From Candidatus Cloacimonadota bacterium (GTDB lineage Bacteria; Cloacimonadota; Cloacimonadia; Cloacimonadales; JAJBBL01): a DNA stretch of 64,000 nucleotides. Below the pieces are notes generated by a model that worked only from the letters and a program-made list of their open reading frames with translations, was not told the origin of the DNA and searched no databases. The stretch covers positions 9,852 through 73,851 of the forward strand of contig JAHYIR010000003.1 in the NCBI GenBank assembly GCA_019429305.1, in the 5' to 3' direction. Positions 43,840 through 53,258 of this stretch are shown here, piece after piece. Made by a program: the position numbers and the translations under genes. Numbering within the stretch: the first letter of the stretch is position 1; each line of letters starts with the position of its first letter.

Positions 43840-44450
43840 AGTATTACTTTAAGCTTGGGGCAATTCTTTTTCTAATAGCAGCTGTAGCCAGTGGAGTTTT
43901 GGCTTTTGTGAACAATTTTACCAGACCTATCATTGAGGAGAATCAACGGAGAGCCGAAGATGAAGCGAGACGTGAAGTATTACCGGAAGCAGCTGTATTC
44001 AAGTTAATGAATACTGAATACCCCTTCTATGTCGGTTTTGATAATGAGAAAAACATTGCAGGATATACCTTCATAGCTGAAGAGATGGGGTATAGCGGAG
44101 TTATACAGACTATGGTCGGTGTTGATCCTAATATGAGAATAACTAATATAAAGGTGATCAAACAATCGGAAACTCCCGGTCTGGGTGCAAATTGTGTCAG
44201 ACCTGAATTTACCAATCAATTCTGCAATTTAGCTTTGGAAGAGCTGGTACTCGATAAAGACAGCGGCTCAATAGTAACAATAACCGGTGCTACCATTACG
44301 ACCCGGGCATTGACCAGCTCTTTGCAAAAGGCAATAAAAGGAGTTTCAGAAGAGCTGAGAAATCTTCCCGAGATAAGTTACAGCGATCTTATCGAGGATG
44401 AAGCAGAGTTTGTCAAAGAGGAACAACCAAGTGCTGAGGAGGTTGAATGA
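43836..44450 (+). CDS. rnfG: Rnf complex subunit G
   Basis: N-terminal anchor and FMN-binding block [14 protein letters not shown] overlap with rnfD. Confidence 0.85.
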   Translation: MKYYFKLGAILFLIAAVASGVLAFVNNFTRPIIEENQRRAEDEARREVLPEAAVFKLMNTEYPFYVGFDNEKNIAGYTFIAEEMGYSGVIQTMVGVDPNMRITNIKVIKQSETPGLGANCVRPEFTNQFCNLALEELVLDKDSGSIVTITGATITTRALTSSLQKAIKGVSEELRNLPEISYSDLIEDEAEFVKEEQPSAEEVE

Positions 44451-45043
44451 GCTTGATAAAGGAAATGACCAAAGGTTTCGTTAAAGAGAATCCGGTTTTC
44501 ATTATGGCATTGGGTCTTTGTCCTGTGCTAGCAGTTTCTACTTCGATAGAGAATGCTATCGGAATGGGTTTGGCAGCAACCTTTGTTCTGCTCTGTTCCA
44601 ACATCCTGATTTCCCTCTTAAAAGATGTCATCCCGACTAAGGTTCGTATCCCCTGTTTCATTGTCGTTATTGCCTCTTTTGTAACTATCGTCGATATGTT
44701 GATGAATGCCTATACACCGGAAATTCATAAAAATCTCGGCATTTTTATCCCACTTATTGTGGTTAACTGTATCATTCTTGGCAGAGCAGAGGCATTTGCC
44801 AGTCGGAATAGTCTTTTTAAATCAATTTTTGACGGTTTGGGAATGGGTATAGGTTTTACTTTGGCACTTGTATTAGTTGCCTTTTTCAGAGAATTGCTCG
44901 GTGCAGGTCAACTTTTAGGAATCCAGATCTTACCGGTTTCTTACCAACCGGTTCTATTAGCAATCCTTGCTCCCGGAGCATTTCTAACGCTCGGCTTACT
45001 TATGGGAGCATTAAATCTCTTCAAGAAAAAAGAAGTAGAGTGA
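44447..45043 (+). CDS. rnfE: Rnf complex subunit E
   Basis: [17 protein letters not shown] and [14 protein letters not shown] blocks typical of RnfE/NqrD. Confidence 0.9.
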   Translation: MSLIKEMTKGFVKENPVFIMALGLCPVLAVSTSIENAIGMGLAATFVLLCSNILISLLKDVIPTKVRIPCFIVVIASFVTIVDMLMNAYTPEIHKNLGIFIPLIVVNCIILGRAEAFASRNSLFKSIFDGLGMGIGFTLALVLVAFFRELLGAGQLLGIQILPVSYQPVLLAILAPGAFLTLGLLMGALNLFKKKEVE

Positions 45044-45060
45044 GATTAGGAGAGTATTAG

Positions 45061-45639
45061 ATGAGCAATATATTCATGCTGGCGATATCAGCCATACTAA
45101 TCAATAACTTTGTTTTAGCACGCTTTTTAGGTCTTTGCCCCTACATCGGTGTTTCGAAAAAACTCGATTCAGCGTTAGGTATGGGAATGGCAGTCATTTT
45201 TGTCATGACTATGGCATCGACAATAACTTGGGTGATCCAATACCATCTCTTAGCCCCATATAACATTGGTTACCTACAGACGATAGCTTTTATTCTGACT
45301 ATTGCCTCACTCGTACAGTTTGTGGAGATGGTTATTCAGAAGATGGTTCCTACTCTATATAAAGCGTTAGGGGTCTTTCTACCGCTTATCACAACCAACT
45401 GTGCTGTTTTAGGTGTTTCTATTATCAACATCAATGAATCACTCTCCTTTTTAGAGGCTATCTTACACGGTTTCTTTGCTGGGATAGGTTTTACTCTCGT
45501 CTTGATAATTATGGCCGGTTTAAGGGAAAGACTGGAATGGGCAGACTTGCCGGATAGTATGAAAGGACTGCCGATTGCTTTTATTATAGCCGGCTGTATG
45601 GCATTAGCATTTCTCGGTTTCTCCGGATTTAAAATTTAA
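45061..45639 (+). CDS. rnfA: Rnf complex subunit A
   Basis: NNFVLARFLGLCPYIGVS and PLITTNCAVLG blocks typical of RnfA/NqrE. Confidence 0.9.
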   Translation: MSNIFMLAISAILINNFVLARFLGLCPYIGVSKKLDSALGMGMAVIFVMTMASTITWVIQYHLLAPYNIGYLQTIAFILTIASLVQFVEMVIQKMVPTLYKALGVFLPLITTNCAVLGVSIININESLSFLEAILHGFFAGIGFTLVLIIMAGLRERLEWADLPDSMKGLPIAFIIAGCMALAFLGFSGFKI

Positions 45640-45652
45640 GAGGAAAAAATAG

Positions 45653-46642
45653 ATGTTACAGATATTAATCCCCATTGCGATCATAGGTGGACTAGGGCTT
45701 GTTTACGGGTTAGTCTTGGCGTTTGCGTCTAAGAAGTTTTATGTGGCAGTTGATCCGAAAATAGATAAGATTTTAGAGGTGTTACCAGGAGTTAATTGTG
45801 GTGCTTGTGGTTTACCCGGTTGTGCAGGTTATGCCGAAGGGATAGTAAGCTCTGGGCTACCGATCAATCTCTGTGCACCCGGAGGTGAGAATACAGTCAA
45901 AGCAATAGCCGGAATAATGGGTATCGAAGCAGTTATTCGAGAGAAGGAGATTGCCTTTATCCTCTGTCAAAGCGGTGGATATGAAAACACTTTGCTTCGT
46001 TACGATTATCAGGGGATAGCAACCTGTAAAGCGGCTGTACTGGTCTCTAACGGTCCAAATTACTGTAATTTTGGTTGTGTCTTTCAAAATGATTGTATCG
46101 CTGCCTGTAAATTTGATGCAATAAAAATTGATGAAAGGGGAATGCGAGTTGTAAATCCCGATAAATGTACCGGTTGTGGTGCCTGTGCCAAGGCATGTCC
46201 CCGAAATTTGATCAAGATATTACCCATTTCAAAAAAGGTTCATATCCTCTGTTCCTCACACGATAAAGGACAAGAAGCAAAGCGTAGATGTGGTAATAAC
46301 ACTGCCTGTATCAGTTGTTCACTCTGTATTAAGCAGTGTCCGGTGGAAGCGATAACAATGCAGGACGATTTAGCGGTCATAGATTATGAAAAATGTATTG
46401 TCTGCGGCTTATGTGCGACAGTTTGTCCTACAAAAGCGATCATAGATCCCTTAGCTGGCAAAAGAAAAAAGGCGTTTATCCTGGAAGATAAATGTGTTGG
46501 CTGTATGATTTGTCTCAAGAATTGCCCTGTAAATGCGATTGAAGGAGAACTGAAAAAACCACACAAAGTCGATATGGAGAAGTGTATTGGCTGTGAAGTA
46601 TGTCTGCAGAAATGTCCTGTAAAAGCTATCCAGTGGAGATAA
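45653..46642 (+). CDS. rnfB: Rnf complex subunit B, polyferredoxin-extended form
   Basis: N-terminal anchor, CGACGLPGCAGYAE, then several CxxCxxCxxxCP motifs. 329 aa. Confidence 0.9.
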   Translation: MLQILIPIAIIGGLGLVYGLVLAFASKKFYVAVDPKIDKILEVLPGVNCGACGLPGCAGYAEGIVSSGLPINLCAPGGENTVKAIAGIMGIEAVIREKEIAFILCQSGGYENTLLRYDYQGIATCKAAVLVSNGPNYCNFGCVFQNDCIAACKFDAIKIDERGMRVVNPDKCTGCGACAKACPRNLIKILPISKKVHILCSSHDKGQEAKRRCGNNTACISCSLCIKQCPVEAITMQDDLAVIDYEKCIVCGLCATVCPTKAIIDPLAGKRKKAFILEDKCVGCMICLKNCPVNAIEGELKKPHKVDMEKCIGCEVCLQKCPVKAIQWR

Positions 46643-46656
46643 AATATAAAACTATC

Positions 46657-46692
46657 CACGAATTCTCACGAAAATAAACTAATAAACACGAA
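46657..46692. repeat. Three CACGAA(T/A) short repeats just downstream of rnfB
   Basis: ccacgaattctcacgaaaataaactaataaacacgaata, read directly. Confidence 0.5.
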
Positions 46693-46708
46693 TAAATAAA
46701 GAATTGTA

Positions 46709-46733
46709 GGGGCGACCGATGGTCGCCCTTTTC
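46709..46733 (+). terminator. Rho-independent terminator of the rnf operon
   Basis: gggcgacc-gat-ggtcgccc followed by TTTTC. Confidence 0.65.
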
Positions 46734-46768
46734 TGCTGTTTAAGGTAAATCTGTTCACTGTTTTACCT

Positions 46769-46815
46769 TTAGGAAGGGGTATAGTCGGAGGGGAGCCGAC
46801 TATACCCCTTCCTAA
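46769..46815. repeat. Perfect 20-bp-stem palindromic hairpin
   Basis: ttaggaaggggtatagtcgg-aggggag-ccgactataccccttcctaa. Confidence 0.7.
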
Positions 46816-46946
46816 GGGTAGAAGACAAGAATAGTCAGATATTAGAGAGAAATGGTCTGTCTATTATAACTTATTTATATAAAAGAAGATACCGTAAGGA
46901 TCGTTGAGAAATAATTAGGACTGTTATATGAGTTATAGAATAGAAG

Positions 46947-47897
46947 TTATTTCACCAGCAGAGAAGAGATCATCTTATCCGCAACGGTGTAGCAATCGGT
47001 TTTTTTATTATAGATATCGTTAATAATTTCATCCAGATTATGAGATGCAAAGAGGGTAGAGATTTCTTGAGAGATAATACTGTTGATACGGTGATGCAGC
47101 TCAAATTTAAGCCGTTTTTTTCTATTCATTTCTAAAGAACCACTCTCTTTGAGATATTGGCGATGAAGTTGAACTTTTTGTAAAAGTTCATCGATACCGA
47201 TATCATCTCTGGCAATTGTTTTTACAATAGGGGGGAGATACTCTTGTTGTTCACTACTCTTCTGCAACATTTCGATCTCGGCAACAGTACGATCAACACC
47301 TTCCCGATCTGCCTTGTTGATAACAAAGATATCGGCAATTTCCATAATACCAGCTTTGAGTGCCTGTATATCATCCCCCAAACCGGGTGATAGTATCAGC
47401 AGTGTGCTATCAACATGTTGTACGATCTCTACTTCCGATTGACCGACCCCGACTGTCTCGATAATGATATAATCACAGCCATAAGCTTCTAAGATCTTTG
47501 CGGCGTCAAGAGTAGCAGCAGAAATGCCACCGAGATATCCACGTGAAGCCATAGATCGAATGTAAACTAGAGGATTAGTACTTAATTGCTGTAATCTGAT
47601 CCGGTCACCTAAAAGTGCACCACCAGAAAAGGGGCTTGTTGGGTCAATAGCCAGAATGCCTACTTTACTATTATCTTTAATTAGCCGTAAAACGAGTTTT
47701 TCAGTGAGAGTGCTCTTCCCTACACCTGGAGGTCCTGTGATACCTATAGTGTAGCTACTATTGGCTTGCTTATGGATCAAGGGGATAATTTCTCTTCCCA
47801 GATCTCTATTTTCTACCTGTGAGATCAACTTAGCTAAGGCAACTTCATTGCCTTGTAACATCGATTCAATCAGATCCTGCAACATTTCCCGATTCAT
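46947..47897 (-). CDS. meaB: MeaB/ArgK-family G3E GTPase (B12-dependent mutase chaperone family)
   Basis: P-loop GITGPPGVGKSTL, IIETVGVGQSE and NKADR motifs. 316 aa. Confidence 0.85.
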   Translation of the reverse strand: MNREMLQDLIESMLQGNEVALAKLISQVENRDLGREIIPLIHKQANSSYTIGITGPPGVGKSTLTEKLVLRLIKDNSKVGILAIDPTSPFSGGALLGDRIRLQQLSTNPLVYIRSMASRGYLGGISAATLDAAKILEAYGCDYIIIETVGVGQSEVEIVQHVDSTLLILSPGLGDDIQALKAGIMEIADIFVINKADREGVDRTVAEIEMLQKSSEQQEYLPPIVKTIARDDIGIDELLQKVQLHRQYLKESGSLEMNRKKRLKFELHHRINSIISQEISTLFASHNLDEIINDIYNKKTDCYTVADKMISSLLVK

Positions 47898-48181
47898 ATT
47901 TCATAACCTTGTAAATCTCTAAGAAAACTCTCTACTTCCGAAAAATAATCGACGGTAGTAGTAATTTTCATTAACTTTTTGCCTTTGTGGGATGAATTTG
48001 TCAAACAGTTATTTTGATAGGGATCATTTTGAGTATCAACGATAGTATGATAGCAATACCCGTCCAAACCCTCTAACAGATAGCCGATAAAAACCTGACA
48101 ATCGGCTTTGATATCGAGATAGATCTCTTTACTGCCGTCCGGTAAGGTCTTAATGTCTTCGACATTGAATTCCAGTTTCAT
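47894..48181 (-). CDS. Small protein, DUF4911-like
   Basis: 95 aa. FIGYLLEGLDGYCYHTIVD resembles the DUF4911 core as I recall it. Its stop overlaps the meaB start (ATGA). Confidence 0.4.
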   Translation of the reverse strand: MKLEFNVEDIKTLPDGSKEIYLDIKADCQVFIGYLLEGLDGYCYHTIVDTQNDPYQNNCLTNSSHKGKKLMKITTTVDYFSEVESFLRDLQGYEI

Positions 48182-48197
48182 TTAGATCATTTATTAG

Positions 48198-50570
48198 CTA
48201 TAAAAGGGCATGTCGAAGAACTTCAGAGACAGAATCTACCAAAATTATGTTCAAATCTTTCTTTATATCGTTTGATATTTCCGACAGTTCGGGTTCGTTT
48301 TTGCGTGGTATAATGACAGTTTTAATACCGGCTCTTTTAGCAGCTATGATCTTCTCTTCTAATCCACCAATCGGTAAGACCTTCCCGGAAAGGGTAATCT
48401 CGCCTGTCATTGCTATGTCGGCTCTCACTTTCTTTCCGGATAGTGCTGACGTAAAGGCAGTAACGATACCGACACCGGCAGAGGGTCCATCTTTAGGAAT
48501 AGCACCTTCCGGAATATGGAGATGAAGATCTTTTTTCTTAGGAAAGTCATCCGGAATCTCGAATTCTTTGGCATGAACACGACAATAGCTGTGAGCTGCC
48601 TGTGCCGATTCTCTCATCGTTTCTCCGAGTTTACCGGTCAGTTTGATATTTCCTGCTCCCTTCATTTTGACCGCTTCAATTTGCAAGGTCTCACCTCCAT
48701 AAGGTGTCCAAGCAAGTCCGGTAACAATACCGGCAGCATCTTGACGATTAACCTCTGAATAAAGATGTCGAGCAACACCCAGATATTTAACCAGATCTTT
48801 AGCTTCTATATGAAATTTTGGAATTGATTTTTCCGGTTTCTTCCCTTCCTTTTCTTCAATATAGTTCTTGATCGCTTTACGGATGATCTTAGAGAGATGA
48901 CGTTCAAGATCCCTAACTCCCGCCTCTCGTGTATATGAGCTGATGATTGTTTCGATAGCTTGCATGGAGAAAGTGATATCCATTTTCCCTTCTAACTTAT
49001 ACTCTTTTAGCAACTTAGGGATCAAATGATTCTTGGCAATGTGATATTTATCAAACATTGTATAACCGGGGAGACGAATAATCTCCATTCTATCCATCAA
49101 TGGTTGGGGAATAGAATTAAGTGAATTAGCAGTAGTTATGAACATAACCTGAGAAAGATCATATCCGAAATCGAGATAGTGATCACGGAAGGAGTTGTTT
49201 TGTTCCGGATCGAGTACTTCCAATAGAGCTGAAGCCGGATCACCTCTGAAATCTCGACTCAATTTATCAACTTCGTCCATCATTATGAGCGGATTGAGGG
49301 TACCAGCACGTTTCATACTCTGCATGATAACACCTGGTAGAGCACCGACATAAGTTCTTCTATGTCCTCGTATTTCAGCTTCATCGCGTACCCCACCGAG
49401 TGAAAGTCTGACAAATTTCCTGTTAGTAGCTTCAGCTATTGATTTACCTAAAGAAGTCTTTCCTACACCGGGAGGACCGACAAAACAGATGATCTGTCCC
49501 TTGATTTTATCAGCGAGCCGAATGACTGCCAGAAATTCGAGAATACGATCCTTTACCTTCGTTAACCCGTAATGGTCTCTATCGAGTATAAATTTTGCCT
49601 CTTTAATACTTAGATCTTGGGGACTTTGCGGTTCTGCCCATGGCAAATCGAGTATCCAGCTTAGATAAGTATGAATAACGGCATATTCTTGAGAATGTGG
49701 TGATATATGGCTTAACCGCTTAAATTCTTCTTCCGCTTTTTTCCGTGCTTCATCATTGAGATTGGTTTCGGTTATTTTTCGCTTAAACTCGAGCAAGTCC
49801 TCTTGTTCATCACTACCAATTCCCAACTCTCTTTGGATTATCTTCAACTGTTCGGTCAAATAGTAATCTTTCTGCAGTTTGGTTAATTTCTTCTTAACCT
49901 TATCATCGATCCGGTTTTCTAATTTTAGGATCTCAATTTCGTCACTGATAAAAGAGATCAAGCTCTTGATGGAATTTTCCAGAGAGGGGATTTCTAACAT
50001 TCTCTGTTTCATTCTCAGATCGGCAGTTATATTTGCCAACACAAAGTAAAAGAATTCATCCGGCTTTTTGATCTCATTGAGCGAGATAATTGCCTCTTCC
50101 GGAATCTGCTTGTTCAGACGTAAATATTCCAGGAAGATTTTTCTGAAAGTACGATACAATGCCTCATTTTCTGCAGAAGGTTTTTCGATAGTTTTATTGT
50201 TTATTTCAATAGCTGCAGCAAGGTAAGATTCCTTCTTCGTATAGCGTTTGATATTAACACGAGAAATACCTTCAACTAATAAGCGAATATTGTTATCTGG
50301 CAAACGGAAAATTTGCAGGATGGTACAGAGAGTACCCATTCTGTATAATTCGGTAATTTTTGGTTCACGATCAGACTCAAAATCATTTTTTTGAGCTACG
50401 CAGATGATTTTCTTGTCTTCCATGTAAGCTTTCTCAACTGCTTCAATTGAGCCCTTTCTTCCGACAAGCAAAGGGGTAATGATATTTGGTGTCATTACCA
50501 GATTGCGCAAAGGCAAGACCGGATGTTGTGAACTATTCTTTGTTTTTATCGTCTTGCTATTTAGAGCCAT
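48198..50570 (-). CDS. lon: ATP-dependent Lon protease (LonA)
   Basis: LON N-domain, Walker A GPPGVGKTS, and S16 protease block PKDGPSAGVG. 790 aa. Confidence 0.95.
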   Translation of the reverse strand: MALNSKTIKTKNSSQHPVLPLRNLVMTPNIITPLLVGRKGSIEAVEKAYMEDKKIICVAQKNDFESDREPKITELYRMGTLCTILQIFRLPDNNIRLLVEGISRVNIKRYTKKESYLAAAIEINNKTIEKPSAENEALYRTFRKIFLEYLRLNKQIPEEAIISLNEIKKPDEFFYFVLANITADLRMKQRMLEIPSLENSIKSLISFISDEIEILKLENRIDDKVKKKLTKLQKDYYLTEQLKIIQRELGIGSDEQEDLLEFKRKITETNLNDEARKKAEEEFKRLSHISPHSQEYAVIHTYLSWILDLPWAEPQSPQDLSIKEAKFILDRDHYGLTKVKDRILEFLAVIRLADKIKGQIICFVGPPGVGKTSLGKSIAEATNRKFVRLSLGGVRDEAEIRGHRRTYVGALPGVIMQSMKRAGTLNPLIMMDEVDKLSRDFRGDPASALLEVLDPEQNNSFRDHYLDFGYDLSQVMFITTANSLNSIPQPLMDRMEIIRLPGYTMFDKYHIAKNHLIPKLLKEYKLEGKMDITFSMQAIETIISSYTREAGVRDLERHLSKIIRKAIKNYIEEKEGKKPEKSIPKFHIEAKDLVKYLGVARHLYSEVNRQDAAGIVTGLAWTPYGGETLQIEAVKMKGAGNIKLTGKLGETMRESAQAAHSYCRVHAKEFEIPDDFPKKKDLHLHIPEGAIPKDGPSAGVGIVTAFTSALSGKKVRADIAMTGEITLSGKVLPIGGLEEKIIAAKRAGIKTVIIPRKNEPELSEISNDIKKDLNIILVDSVSEVLRHALL

Positions 50571-50590
50571 TTATCCTCCATAACCAGTTC

Positions 50591-51604
50591 CTATTCTTTG
50601 ATTTTCAGGTTTATACCTTCGCCACAATTCAAGCAGATGCCCATTTTATTCCTCTCTTTAAGAATGATCTCTCGCCAGCGGTTCATCTTTGAACTCTTCC
50701 ATAGATTCTTTATACTGTTATCTTTCAGATTACCAACTTTATAAACATTGTCCTTATCATAACAACATATTGCCAATTCACCATCACAATTTACCACCGG
50801 CTGGGTAAAAATTCTCCGACATCTGTTGGCGATCTTCTTCTTTAAGATAAAACCATCCTCAGTAATTTTGTATCGCCGATACTTATCATTTGTCGGTAAA
50901 AAGTTATCTATATCCTCTTTTTCATAAATTTGGACAGTTTTAAAGATCAATTCATCGACTTGAGATTCCTCGGCAAGTTTTTTGATCTCTGGTATCTCAT
51001 GCTCATTGTGCCGCATAATAATAAACTGCCACGAGATATAAGGCGTTGGAGATTTTTTTCTTCTTTTAGCTTCTACTAACTTTGTGGTATTATCGAGTAC
51101 TTTTTGAAAATCTCCATTAACTCTGTACTTATTATAGGTTTTTTGTGTTGCACCATCAAGGGAAACGATGAGACTATCAAGTCCTGAGTCTACTAAAGCA
51201 TCAGGATTGGGGAGATAGTTCAGATTAGTAGAGGTCATAGTGAATAAGCCGTGATCCTTAGCATATCTGATCATTTCAGGTAGATCTTTGTGCAGAAGAG
51301 GTTCACCCTGATTCCACAACAGCAGCATAATTGCAGTATCTTTGATCTCATTGATAACCTTTTTATAAAGAGTCAGATCGATATAACTTCGTTCTCGTTG
51401 GAGAGATTTGTTACCTGAAGGGCAGAGAGGACAGGCAAGATTACAGTTACTGGTTGGTTCTATCATCACTAATGGAGGGGAACCCCATATGATACTTCTC
51501 TTTAACAAGAGTGAAAGAAAATAAGAAGTATATGTGAGTAGAATATTAATGAAGGGTTTTGGGGTTAGAATTCTTTTAAGAACTCTTTTCTTAACTTGAA
51601 ACAT
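50591..51604 (-). CDS. Membrane-anchored radical SAM enzyme with a Cys-rich SPASM/twitch-like C-terminus
   Basis: N-terminal helix FINILLTYTSYFLSLLL, CNLACPLCP (CxxxCxxC), GEPLL, and a C-terminal CRR...NCDGELAICCYDKD...CLNCGEG. Confidence 0.85.
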   Translation of the reverse strand: MFQVKKRVLKRILTPKPFINILLTYTSYFLSLLLKRSIIWGSPPLVMIEPTSNCNLACPLCPSGNKSLQRERSYIDLTLYKKVINEIKDTAIMLLLWNQGEPLLHKDLPEMIRYAKDHGLFTMTSTNLNYLPNPDALVDSGLDSLIVSLDGATQKTYNKYRVNGDFQKVLDNTTKLVEAKRRKKSPTPYISWQFIIMRHNEHEIPEIKKLAEESQVDELIFKTVQIYEKEDIDNFLPTNDKYRRYKITEDGFILKKKIANRCRRIFTQPVVNCDGELAICCYDKDNVYKVGNLKDNSIKNLWKSSKMNRWREIILKERNKMGICLNCGEGINLKIKE

Positions 51605-51623
51605 CTATATCTGATCCGGCAGG

Positions 51624-51998
51624 TTAAGTTAAATACTCTTCCTCTTCGTCATCATTATCTGATAACTGAGCATAATAGTTAATTTTTTTCACGACATTAT
51701 AGTTATGGATGACAACAGATAGATAGAAGAAGTTAGCTAAGATAAGAATAATGTTCATATCCGTATTGCGGAAACGGAAATAGTAAAACATCAAAAATAC
51801 AAGCGGTATTAAAATCAACTTAAGAACTATAATACCCAGAGCGGGACCAAAAATCTTGAATATGAAGCGGGCAATAGGATTTCTTTCATTACGAATACTG
51901 GTCTTCATGACCACTTTATAAGTCGAATGTCCATCAAAAAAGTTGAGCAGAATAAAAAGAATCACTAAAGTATAAAACAGTATTTCAGAATTCATCAA
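51624..51998 (-). CDS. Small polytopic membrane protein, DUF5658-like
   Basis: 124 aa. LNFFDGHSTYKV...ERNPIARF resembles the DUF5658 D..T...E.NP pattern. Acidic tail. Confidence 0.5.
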   Translation of the reverse strand: MMNSEILFYTLVILFILLNFFDGHSTYKVVMKTSIRNERNPIARFIFKIFGPALGIIVLKLILIPLVFLMFYYFRFRNTDMNIILILANFFYLSVVIHNYNVVKKINYYAQLSDNDDEEEEYLT

Positions 51999-52309
51999 GT
52001 ATCCTTTTGTTTTTCTTCTGGTAATGCTTCCTTATTAGAATCTTTACTATTAGCTTTTCCTGTATTTGTTTCCTTTTCCGGTTGTACTTCCTGATAGGGA
52101 TGAAACGGTGTATGAAGAAATTCTTCATGAGCTTTCTTGTTTTTCCAATAATTGGAAATGAGAAGATATATCAGTATCAAGGCAGGAACCGAAATATACC
52201 AGAATTTTAAACTGACTTGCAGAATTCTAAAACCGGCGTGCACGATAAGAATAATGATCATGGCTAACAACAACAGTCTCAAAATGAGCAATAGTAGCTT
52301 CATATCCAC
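51995..52309 (-). CDS. Small two-helix membrane protein with a charged disordered tail
   Basis: 104 aa. Its stop overlaps the downstream gene start. I recognise no family. Confidence 0.45.
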   Translation of the reverse strand: MDMKLLLLILRLLLLAMIIILIVHAGFRILQVSLKFWYISVPALILIYLLISNYWKNKKAHEEFLHTPFHPYQEVQPEKETNTGKANSKDSNKEALPEEKQKDT

Positions 52310-52473
52310 ATCCTTTTCCTGTTTAATAAGCTTATTCCAGTTGCTAAGTTACTAATATACAGAATAATATATAGATAACTATTGTCAAAGAAAATCGTCA
52401 GATAGGGATAGCTTAAGATAAAGTTACTGCTGTTGTTAAAATAGATAGTAGAGGTTTACTGCTATTGAGAATA

Positions 52474-53163
52474 CTATAATAGAGCGACTACTTTCTTCTG
52501 AAGATCGATTAATTCTCTAATGTTTTGATATGCTAAAGTGAGTAGTTCTGATAGCTCTGAAGAAGAAAAGGGTTCTTTTTCAGCCGTACCTTGAATTTCA
52601 ATAAAATTTCCTGATTCAGTCATGACAATGTTCATGTCAGTACCAGCATTTGAATCAAGTTGATAATCCAAGTCAGCCAGCAGCTTATTATCTACTATGC
52701 CGACACTAATTGCTGCCATCCATTCTTTAAGTGGTAGCTTGTTGATAATATTTTTCTTCATCATCCATTGAAAGGCATCATAAAGAGCGACACATGAGCC
52801 GGTAATTGCAGCGGTGCGGGTTCCGCCATCTGCCTGAATGACATCACAGTCGATAAAGACCGTATATTCAGGAAATAGAGTCAGATCAGATACAGTACGT
52901 AAAGCACGACCGATCAATCGTTGAATCTCTGCGGTTCTTCCACTGATCTTTCCGCTTGTTATCTCTCTACGACTACGTTGTTGGGTACTACGGGGCAGCA
53001 TGCTGTATTCAGCGGTTATCCATCCTTGATTACTATTTAACAGAAAAGGTGGCACACCTTGTTCTACTGAGGCGTTGCAGATGACTTTTGTATTACCGAC
53101 TTCGATCAGAACCGATCCTTCAGGGTAGATCAAATAATTGCGGGTGATGTTTACCGGTCTCAT
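52474..53163 (-). CDS. rph: Ribonuclease PH
   Basis: [18 protein letters not shown] and [18 protein letters not shown] blocks. 229 aa. Confidence 0.9.
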   Translation of the reverse strand: MRPVNITRNYLIYPEGSVLIEVGNTKVICNASVEQGVPPFLLNSNQGWITAEYSMLPRSTQQRSRREITSGKISGRTAEIQRLIGRALRTVSDLTLFPEYTVFIDCDVIQADGGTRTAAITGSCVALYDAFQWMMKKNIINKLPLKEWMAAISVGIVDNKLLADLDYQLDSNAGTDMNIVMTESGNFIEIQGTAEKEPFSSSELSELLTLAYQNIRELIDLQKKVVALL

Positions 53164-53258
53164 AATTTAATTACCTTAAGAAAAATAAGGTGAAATGTTG
53201 AGGAATAGAAATACAAGGGAGCGATGTGGCGAGAGAGCGAAAAAACCAACGATTGAAT

